DNA of 64,000 bases from Candidatus Jordarchaeales archaeon (GTDB lineage Archaea > Asgardarchaeota > Jordiarchaeia > Jordiarchaeales > Freyrarchaeaceae). Under the pieces are notes generated by a model. That model made no database searches. It saw only the letters and a program-made list of their open reading frames with translations, and had not been told where the DNA came from. The stretch spans positions 9,192 through 73,191 of the forward strand of contig JAWCFL010000005.1 in NCBI GenBank assembly GCA_038858525.1. Direction: 5' to 3'. Position numbers and translations under genes: made by a program. Below, one piece after another: positions 57,270-64,000 of the stretch (positions are counted from its first letter, which is position 1; each line of letters starts with the position of its first letter).

Positions 57270-58193
57270 GTGGCTAGGTATGATTTAACGGTCATTGGTC
57301 ACTTAACATTAGACACTATTTCTTTTCAGGGCCAACGTTGGCTGATGGGCGGCTCGCCTTTTTATGGTGGACTAACTGCGTGCAAGCTGGGAGCTAAGGT
57401 TGCAGTTGTTTCAAAGGTGGCGTCGGGAAGTCACCGTTTGATGTTCTCGTCACTCCTCAATAGTGCTGGTGTTTCCGCCTTCATACTGGGTGGACGAGCG
57501 ACTACTTGCTTCGAAATAAATTATGGTGCGAGTGGACGAAGGCTTAAATTGTTGTCTCGGGCGGATGACCTGTCATTCGGTGAGGTTCCACTGGAGGCGC
57601 TGGACGCTTCCGCCGTGTTACTCAGCCCTGTGGCCGGGGAGCTAAATCACGAATTTGTTGAGAATACTTCAAGTCACTGTATGAGGCGAGGTAATCTGCT
57701 CGCCGCAGACCTTCAGGGATTCACTAGAACTTTCTCCGAGGACGGCGACATGGCTTTCAAGCGACCTGAAAAACGTTTTTTAAGTTCTTTTGACGTTATT
57801 AAAGGGTCTGAAAGAGAAGTCAAGTCCATCGTTGAGTGTGACTACATTGATGAAGCATTGATCCAAATCGCCCAGCTTGGTCCCAAGGTTGTCATAGCGA
57901 CTTTAGGTGAGAAGGGTGCGCTAGCCTTCTATAAAGATGAGTTCTTCCGTGTTTACCCTTTGAAGCCCGTTATGGTCGTCGACCCTACAGGGGCTGGGGA
58001 TGCTTTCATTGCGGCCTTTCTTATTGGGTACGCTTGGTCAATGAGCTTAGAAGACTGTCTGAAGCTGGCTTGCTCTGCTGCTACCTGTGTGGTGGAAAGA
58101 AAACTGCCTCTTGGTGATGCGAGCAAGGAATACATTTTGGAAAGAAGTAAAGAGGTCAGGATTGAAAGAACGAATAATTTCTCTAACCTGTAA
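57270..58193 (+). CDS. PfkB-family carbohydrate/nucleoside kinase
   Basis: 307 aa. An N-terminal GG-like motif and a C-terminal 'DPTGAGDAF'. Confidence 0.8.
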   Translation: MARYDLTVIGHLTLDTISFQGQRWLMGGSPFYGGLTACKLGAKVAVVSKVASGSHRLMFSSLLNSAGVSAFILGGRATTCFEINYGASGRRLKLLSRADDLSFGEVPLEALDASAVLLSPVAGELNHEFVENTSSHCMRRGNLLAADLQGFTRTFSEDGDMAFKRPEKRFLSSFDVIKGSEREVKSIVECDYIDEALIQIAQLGPKVVIATLGEKGALAFYKDEFFRVYPLKPVMVVDPTGAGDAFIAAFLIGYAWSMSLEDCLKLACSAATCVVERKLPLGDASKEYILERSKEVRIERTNNFSNL

Positions 58194-58217
58194 AATTAGT
58201 TATTTCACGTCTCAATT

Positions 58218-58568
58218 TTGCGTTATCAAAAATTTTTTGAGATTCAACTTTCAGCTTTGTTGTTGGAGGTGTTGTATTTGATCTGCGTTGAGGAATTCTA
58301 TGTTGAAGAAAAAGCTGTCCTAGGATTAAGAGTTAACTTGAAACCCGTGCCTTTTCTCATGATCATCTGTCTAAGAGGAATACTCGCGTGTGGCTACTTT
58401 AACTTGGAAGTCGCTGAAAGGTTCGGTGTAACTGCCGCTATAGTTAGGGGGGTCTCGTCCTTCGATGAAATGCTGGAGGCGAAAGTTGTAAATGTTACTT
58501 CGAAAGCTAGAGAGCTTGGTGTGACTGAAGGATGTAGTGGAAGAGACGCTGTCCTCCGCTTCTCATGA
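58218..58568 (+). CDS. hypothetical small protein
   Basis: 116 aa. The conserved-looking C-terminal region is 'GYFNLEVAERFGVTAAIVRG'. The true start may be internal. Confidence 0.35.
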   Translation: MRYQKFFEIQLSALLLEVLYLICVEEFYVEEKAVLGLRVNLKPVPFLMIICLRGILACGYFNLEVAERFGVTAAIVRGVSSFDEMLEAKVVNVTSKARELGVTEGCSGRDAVLRFS

Positions 58569-58704
58569 AAGCTTTCTTCATGGAATCTTTCCTAGTGGCG
58601 TTCTCCTACTTTTGGAGAACCGTCGCAGGAAACACTTAAAAATTGTTCTTCATTTCTCGTTAGAGCTGTAAGATGCCAGCTGGTCGTTAGAGAGGTGCTG
58701 TTTT

Positions 58705-60156
58705 TTGTCGGAGACCGATAAGACACCCCTGCCAAATAAATACGAAAATTTCAACGAATGGTATAATGAAATTCTACAGAAAGCTGAACTCATTGACTTG
58801 CGCTATGGGGTCAAGGGATTTATTGTTTATCGGCCGAACGCGGCTGTGATAATGCGTCAAGTTTACCGCCTCTTTGAGGAGGAGCTGGACCGGCTGGGAC
58901 ATGCCCCCTGCATTTTCCCTGTCGTTATTCCGTTCGAGTTCTTTGAGAAGGAAGCCCAGCATATTAAGGGTTTTCTTGACGAGGTTTTTTGGGTTACGAA
59001 GGCGGGGCAGCACGAGCTCAACAAGCCGCTGTTACTGCGCCCGACGTCGGAGACAGCTATGTACCCTCTTTATGCGTTCTGGATTAGAAGCTACAAAGAC
59101 CTCCCATTAAAGCTATACCAATCTAACTCGGTGTATCGCTACGAGACGAAAGCCACTAAGCCTCTCTTGAGGGGACGTGAGTTTTTCTGGATTGAGGCGC
59201 ACTGCGCTCACAGGACGAAGGAAAATGCTGAACGTCAGGTGTTGGAAGATATGGAAGTTATGAGTAATGCGCTCCACGAGGTTCTAGGCGTCCCATTCCT
59301 GCTCTTAGAGCGCCCGCCTTGGGACAGGTTTGCAGGGGCTGAAAGAACCTACGCGTTTGATGTGGTTTTTCCGGACAAGTCCGTGCTCCAGATAGCTACC
59401 ACGCACATCCTTGGAGAAAACTTCTCCAGAGCTTTTGAAATAATGTACAAGGATGAGGATGGAGAACTTAAGTATGTTCAGCAGACATGCTTCGGTATAG
59501 GGATTTCGAGGATTCTCGCAACCCTGATAAGCGTTCACGGAGACGAATACGGGCTGGTCCTACCCTTCGACATAGCTCCAACACAAATAGTCATAGTTCC
59601 CATACTGTTCAAAGAGGCCGGAGGAATTGTAATGGAGAAATGTAAAGCCATCTTCGAGAAGCTATGCGAGAAAGGGTACAGAGTGATGCTGGACGACTCC
59701 GATGAGCGTCCAGGAGCCAAGTTTTACCGTTGGGAAACTTTAGGTGTTCCCGTGAGAATTGAAATAGGGCCAAGGGACGTCGAGAAGGGTGTAGTGACCG
59801 TTTTCAGGCGTGACACGAGAGAACGGATAGTTGTTAGGGAAAATGAGCTTGAAGAAAAAATAAAGGAGCTAAGAAAAGATATTCTAAGGGTTTTGAGAGA
59901 GCGGGGGGAGAAGTGGCTTGAAGCAAATTTGAGAGATGTCAAGAGTAAAGATGATCTTATAATGCTGGCGAGGGAGGGCGGAATAGGTAGGATGGCTTTT
60001 TGCGGCAGGGAGGAGTGCGCCAGCGAGATAAAGGCGGAAACCGGCGGATTTGAGGTTAGAGGAGTCAGAGTGGGCGAAAAGTGGGAGAAATTAAGCGTTT
60101 GTGCTGCATGCGGAAAAGAAGCGAAAGAACTAGTGTACGTTGCTAAACCCTATTAA
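58705..60156 (+). CDS. proS: prolyl-tRNA synthetase (archaeal/eukaryotic type)
   Basis: 483 aa class II aaRS. 'YRYETKATKPLLRGREFFWIEAHCAH', an anticodon-binding domain, and a C-terminal Zn domain ending in the conserved Tyr. Confidence 0.9.
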   Translation: MSETDKTPLPNKYENFNEWYNEILQKAELIDLRYGVKGFIVYRPNAAVIMRQVYRLFEEELDRLGHAPCIFPVVIPFEFFEKEAQHIKGFLDEVFWVTKAGQHELNKPLLLRPTSETAMYPLYAFWIRSYKDLPLKLYQSNSVYRYETKATKPLLRGREFFWIEAHCAHRTKENAERQVLEDMEVMSNALHEVLGVPFLLLERPPWDRFAGAERTYAFDVVFPDKSVLQIATTHILGENFSRAFEIMYKDEDGELKYVQQTCFGIGISRILATLISVHGDEYGLVLPFDIAPTQIVIVPILFKEAGGIVMEKCKAIFEKLCEKGYRVMLDDSDERPGAKFYRWETLGVPVRIEIGPRDVEKGVVTVFRRDTRERIVVRENELEEKIKELRKDILRVLRERGEKWLEANLRDVKSKDDLIMLAREGGIGRMAFCGREECASEIKAETGGFEVRGVRVGEKWEKLSVCAACGKEAKELVYVAKPY

Positions 60157-60284
60157 CAAAAACCCAAAACTACTCCCCATCTCCGATGTTAATGGGAAAC
60201 CTGCTAGTTATTTATTCGCTTTCACTTACTTTTATATGCTTTTTCGTTCTTCTTAATAGTAAGGTTTGCTGGGGAGGATGAAAC

Positions 60285-61073
60285 TTGCTTTTCTTCGCAG
60301 ACCTTCACATTCATAGCAAGTATAGTAGGGGTAGTAGCTCGAACATGGAGCCTCATGTTCTCCGTTCTTTCGCCAGAGTGAAGGGACTTAACTTGCTGGG
60401 GACGGGTGACTTCTCCCATCCTAAATGGCTTACTGAGTTAAAAGATAAGCTCGAAGCTGTTGGGGACACGGGGTTTTACACTTTAAGAGAGGGTGGGAGT
60501 GATGTTTTCTTCGTTTTGACGAACGAAGTAAGCACCAGCTTTGAATCTGAAGGCGAAACGAAAAACGTTCATCACCTCCTACTTGTTGAAAGCTTTGAGG
60601 TTGTGGACCAAGTGAACGAGATCATAGCGAAATATGGGAATTTAGATGCTGACGGCAGACCAATGCTTGGATGCACTCCCGCAGAGCTCGTTGAGTTGCT
60701 TCTGCAAGTTGACCGAAACATTCTCGTGGTGCCCGCTCACCTCTGGACGAGCTGGTTTGGAGCGCTGGGTGAGCGGGGATTTAACAGCTTGGAAGAATGC
60801 TACGGCGATATGGTAGACCATATTCATGCCGTTGAGACAGGTCTTAGCTCAGACCCACCAATGAACTGGAGGCTTAGTAGCCTTGACAGGTATGTCTTGT
60901 TGAGCAACAGTGACTCTCACAGTCCCTGGCCTTGGAGGCTGGGAAGAGAAGCGAACGTCTTCAACCTTGATGAACCATCGTTCCGCGACCTCGTTGATGC
61001 AGTGAAGAAAAAGGATAAACGAAGGATTGTTATGACCATAGAGGTCGCCCCCGAATACGGAATCCCCCAGTAG
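60285..61073 (+). CDS. endonuclease Q (EndoQ)-like PHP-domain nuclease, N-terminal part; terminates at an in-frame TAG
   Basis: 'ADLHIHSKYS', 'GLNLLGTGD', 'VHHLLL', 'SNSDSHSPWPWRLGRE'. Confidence 0.55.
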   Translation: MLFFADLHIHSKYSRGSSSNMEPHVLRSFARVKGLNLLGTGDFSHPKWLTELKDKLEAVGDTGFYTLREGGSDVFFVLTNEVSTSFESEGETKNVHHLLLVESFEVVDQVNEIIAKYGNLDADGRPMLGCTPAELVELLLQVDRNILVVPAHLWTSWFGALGERGFNSLEECYGDMVDHIHAVETGLSSDPPMNWRLSSLDRYVLLSNSDSHSPWPWRLGREANVFNLDEPSFRDLVDAVKKKDKRRIVMTIEVAPEYGIPQ

Positions 61074-61145
61074 AGAGGGGACGTAAAATATCATTACGAT
61101 GGTCATCGGGGTGACCGGCAGGGGCATGGTGGTGTAGATGTCTGC

Positions 61146-61622
61146 ATGCACCCAAAGGAAGCAATGATGCGAGGAAATATTTGTCCCGTATGTGGAAAGA
61201 AAATGACGATAGGAGTGCAGCACAGGGTTGAAGAGCTGGCTGATAGGGAGGAAGGCTTCGTGCCAGACAACCCTATACCATTCAAGAGGCTGATCCCCCT
61301 TTCCGAGTTAATAGCGTCAGCTTTAAGAGTTGAGAATCTCCATGCGCAACGCGTCAGAGAAGAGTACGATCGACTCATCAACAAGTTCGGGAACGAGTAT
61401 GCTGTTCTGCTTGATCCCCCCTTGGAGAGCCTCCTAGAAGTTACTCATCAAAGAGTGGCTGAGCTTATAATACTTAACAGGGAGGGGCGCCTCAAAATAA
61501 AGCCGGGGTTTGACGGAGTATATGGAAAAATATCTTTTGATGAGCCTCAAGAGAAAGCTGTAGGTGTAGAGAGCCTTCCAAGAGTTGGGCAGCAGAGCCT
61601 TGATAGCTACTTTAAACGGTGA
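61146..61622 (+). CDS. EndoQ-like C-terminal part (Zn finger plus helical domain), in the same frame as 60285..61073
   Basis: 'GNICPVCGKKMTIGVQHRVEELA'. The frame is continuous across the single TAG at 61071-61073. Confidence 0.5.
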   Translation: MHPKEAMMRGNICPVCGKKMTIGVQHRVEELADREEGFVPDNPIPFKRLIPLSELIASALRVENLHAQRVREEYDRLINKFGNEYAVLLDPPLESLLEVTHQRVAELIILNREGRLKIKPGFDGVYGKISFDEPQEKAVGVESLPRVGQQSLDSYFKR

Positions 61623-61633
61623 CTTGTCTTTCC

Positions 61634-62698
61634 TTAGCATACACGGGGGATAGGTTCGCCGTATGGCTCTTCTATTATTCGTTTTCCCCCGACGACTGTT
61701 TCCATTATGACGTATCCTGGTCTCTCCTTTCGAACCTCTCCTATAATGCTGGCGTTTCTACCATACTTTGTTGCTTTAACCTTTTCGAGGACCTCCTCCG
61801 CTCTTTCAGGTCTTACCGCTATTATCGCTTTTCCCTCACAGGTTACCTCGAGCGGGTCTATTCCAAGCATTTCTGATGCTGCAACTACTTCCTCCCGGAT
61901 AGGTATGTCCTCCTCTTTGATCCATATGCTGACTCCATTTTTCTTAGCCCAGTCGTTTAGGGCTGCAGCGAGTCCTCCTCTTGTCGGATCCTTCATTGCC
62001 GTTACGCCGCCGACGCTTAAGGCTGCTTTGATCGTCTCATTGAGGGGAGCAACATCCGACTCCAGTTGTGTCCCGAAACTTATACCTTCTCGCGCGGCGA
62101 GGAGCGCTATTCCATGGTCGCCTACGGTTCCCGTAACTATTACCTTGTCGCCAACCTGTATGCCGCTATCGCAAATTACCTTTCCTTTGGCAATCCCGAT
62201 CCCTGTGGTAGCCAGAACAATCTTGTCGAGGTGTCCTTTTGGCATCACCTTCGTGTCTCCTGCGATCAGGGCGACCCCGGCTTCGTTACACGTGTCGCTT
62301 ATAGACCTAACTATCCGCTTCAAATCAGCTATGGGGAACCCTTCCTCCAATATCATGGAGCACGTCACGGCTATAGGGTCTGCTCCCATCATAAGAACGT
62401 CGTTAACTGTACCCGAAATGGCAAGCCGTCCAAGGTCGCCTCCTGGGAAGAATATTGGATCTACAGTGTGTCCATCCGTGGTCACAACAATGTTATAGCC
62501 CCCTAAAGGTATAGTTGCTCCATCGTCTAGCTCGTCCAGCCCTATTCCCCCGCCAACCCTTCGCCTATCGATCAATGGAAGGATGACCTCCTTGATCAGC
62601 TTCCCCATGGCAGTTCCACCCGCTCCATGAGCTAGCTCAATGACCTCTTGAAGCTCCGTCGCCATCACCCCCTGCAACATACATCTAATTTGGCTCAA
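61634..62698 (-). CDS. hypE: [NiFe]-hydrogenase maturation protein HypE
   Basis: 354 aa AIR-synthase-related fold ending in the conserved '...PRVC' C-terminal cysteine. Confidence 0.85.
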   Translation of the reverse strand: MSQIRCMLQGVMATELQEVIELAHGAGGTAMGKLIKEVILPLIDRRRVGGGIGLDELDDGATIPLGGYNIVVTTDGHTVDPIFFPGGDLGRLAISGTVNDVLMMGADPIAVTCSMILEEGFPIADLKRIVRSISDTCNEAGVALIAGDTKVMPKGHLDKIVLATTGIGIAKGKVICDSGIQVGDKVIVTGTVGDHGIALLAAREGISFGTQLESDVAPLNETIKAALSVGGVTAMKDPTRGGLAAALNDWAKKNGVSIWIKEEDIPIREEVVAASEMLGIDPLEVTCEGKAIIAVRPERAEEVLEKVKATKYGRNASIIGEVRKERPGYVIMETVVGGKRIIEEPYGEPIPRVC

Positions 62699-62806
62699 AA
62701 AATGTTTCCGCTCATCGAATAATGAACCTCAAAGTCACCGGTACGCGTCGCTTGCCTGCCGCTTGTTGGATGCTTAAAGCTGAGCTCTTCTAGTGTTTCA
62801 TGTCCG

Positions 62807-63256
62807 ATGGATTTATATCTCCTTTTCATGTTTTTTCTTTCTGAATTTTGCGGAGGATCCAATATGGGTGTATGGCATGGTAAGTCTAAGAGGAAGCCTA
62901 GTGGCGGCAAGCTCGGAATAGCTCGGGGTAAGAGAAAGTATGAGATGGGTCGCGAGCCCATCGAGACACAGCTTGGAGACGAAGAGAAAAGAAAGAAGGT
63001 TCGAGTGCGTGGCGGAAACCTGAAAATCAAGTTGCGGGTTGCATCATATGCAAATGTAACAGATGTCACTACGGGAAAAACTGTTAAAGTTAAGATCCTC
63101 GGTGTGGAGAAGAACCCGGCTAGTGTAGACTATTCACGTCGCAAAATAATAACGAAAGGCGCCATTATAAAGACAGAGCTGGGGACGGCGCAAGTCACAA
63201 GCAGACCGGGCCAAGACGGAGTGGTAAACGCTGTATTAATAGAACAAAAACAGTAA
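62807..63256 (+). CDS. rps8e: 30S ribosomal protein S8e
   Basis: '[32 protein letters not shown]' N-terminus diagnostic of S8e. Confidence 0.85.
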   Translation: MDLYLLFMFFLSEFCGGSNMGVWHGKSKRKPSGGKLGIARGKRKYEMGREPIETQLGDEEKRKKVRVRGGNLKIKLRVASYANVTDVTTGKTVKVKILGVEKNPASVDYSRRKIITKGAIIKTELGTAQVTSRPGQDGVVNAVLIEQKQ

Positions 63257-63267
63257 CGAAAGCGATT

Positions 63268-63657
63268 TTATGCTGTTACTATTTGAATATTCTTCACTGT
63301 GCACTCCCTTCCGCCAACTATTTTTGTCGCACTACTTCCGCACTTCGGACATTTTAGCGATAATGAAAGTAGTTGAGGGACGTGGGGTGCTCCTTCGAAA
63401 TCCTCTTTCTTTGCCTCGCCTTCATAGCCGCACTCTGAACAATAGATCACTCCTGGCCTGATGGTTATGTTGACCTTCGCTCCCTCAGCCATTGTTCCCT
63501 CTGCGGCCACGTTTAAGCTGAACTTCAAGTAATCCGGGTTTAGAAGGGTGAATTCTCCTAGTTCTAAGTTTATTTCTGTTATGCGTGTTGCGTTGTTCTC
63601 CTTGGCTACCCTAATTACTGTGCTGATTATCATCTGGGCGGTGGAAAACTCATGCAT
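63268..63657 (-). CDS. hypA: hydrogenase nickel incorporation protein HypA
   Basis: 129 aa. 'MHEFS' N-terminus and the Zn motif 'CSECG...CPKCGS'. Confidence 0.75.
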   Translation of the reverse strand: MHEFSTAQMIISTVIRVAKENNATRITEINLELGEFTLLNPDYLKFSLNVAAEGTMAEGAKVNITIRPGVIYCSECGYEGEAKKEDFEGAPHVPQLLSLSLKCPKCGSSATKIVGGRECTVKNIQIVTA

Positions 63658-63730
63658 CCTAAATCCCTGACGAAACGTAGAATCTAAACGTTTAAAAGTG
63701 TTTTTTTAGAAGAGGACTTGAGGGTTAGGT

Positions 63731-64000
63731 TTGCGGAAGAGAAACATATTCATAGTTTACCCTGAGTACTTTGACTCCAAGTTGACGAGGCGTGAGGGGA
63801 GAAGAGTCCCTTTAAATCTCGCTGTTCCAAACCCGATGATAGATGAACTGGCATCTGTTGCTCGCAAGCTTGGGTGGCAGGTGAGCGTGGAGAAAGAGGT
63901 AGCATATCCGAGATGCTGGTGGAACAAGAAGGGCAGGCTCATCGTAGAGAAGTACGGAATGAAAAAGGGAAAAGCAATATTCACAATGGCAAGAAGCCTT
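63731..64000 (+). CDS. srp19: signal recognition particle protein SRP19 (partial, runs off the window end)
   Basis: TTG-initiated frame 'IVYPEYFDSKLTRREGRRVPLNLAVPNPMIDELASVARKLGWQVSVEKEVAYPRCWWNKKGRLIV' matches SRP19. Not in the ORF track because it is truncated. Confidence 0.7.
   Translation, partial: MRKRNIFIVYPEYFDSKLTRREGRRVPLNLAVPNPMIDELASVARKLGWQVSVEKEVAYPRCWWNKKGRLIVEKYGMKKGKAIFTMARSL

Noticed and set aside
60285-61622. Pyrrolysine (amber) recoding as the explanation for the in-frame TAG in the EndoQ-like gene
   Set aside because: TAG terminates several well-supported genes in the window (for example 39157..39771, 45108..45689, 50926..51273, 51500..52081), so TAG is a normal stop here. 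No pyl genes seen in the window.
1-64000. Search for integrase, transposase, IS elements or CRISPR-cas
   Set aside because: No such ORFs or repeat arrays were recognised anywhere in the window.

Overview
The window looks like a mostly core chromosomal segment from an archaeon, probably of the TACK/crenarchaeal type. Overall GC is roughly 48% by eye. Evidence for the TACK-type call: a Gins23-like gene overlapping the start of mcm, RFC small and large subunits, Alba, TIP49/RuvB-like, a fragment of the exosome superoperon (L15e, COG1325-like, Rpp30, Pop5), and three tRNA genes that all carry non-canonical introns. The organism appears anaerobic: cdhC-cdhD-cdhE (acetyl-CoA decarbonylase/synthase beta, delta, gamma) and hypE/hypA are present. 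Other recognisable genes include a LeuA/CimA-family synthase, glycerate kinase, a ubiX-moeA-moeA-moaB-moaC operon with divergent mobB, truA, endonuclease IV, a TtuA/NcsA-type tRNA thiolase, an S2P protease, a TldD/TldE pair, a class I-like deacetylase, geranylgeranyl reductase, ProRS, ribosomal proteins S25e and S8e, and a partial SRP19. A ~360-nt structured RNA at 19285-19643 has a perfect terminal helix and is most likely SRP (7S) RNA, with RNase P RNA as the alternative. The findings ranked most interesting are: (1) a threonine-synthase-like PLP-fold protein fused to a C-terminal PadR-type wHTH, in which the Schiff-base lysine appears replaced by arginine, suggesting a pseudo-enzyme sensor-regulator; (2) tRNA-Trp(CCA) with three introns, the canonical one carrying box C/D-like elements whose guides target C34 and position 39 of the same pre-tRNA; (3) two paralogous two-gene modules (a helical 'LKP' protein plus a coiled-coil protein with a C-terminal wHTH) of unknown function; (4) an EndoQ-like gene interrupted by a single in-frame TAG; (5) a Trm112-like protein with a large eukaryote-like central insertion; (6) an AT-rich, low-coding-density region next to the tRNA cluster that contains a tandem-repeat small protein. 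No CRISPR array, integrase or transposase was found. Every call is from reading the sequence and the ORF translations only; no searches were run.
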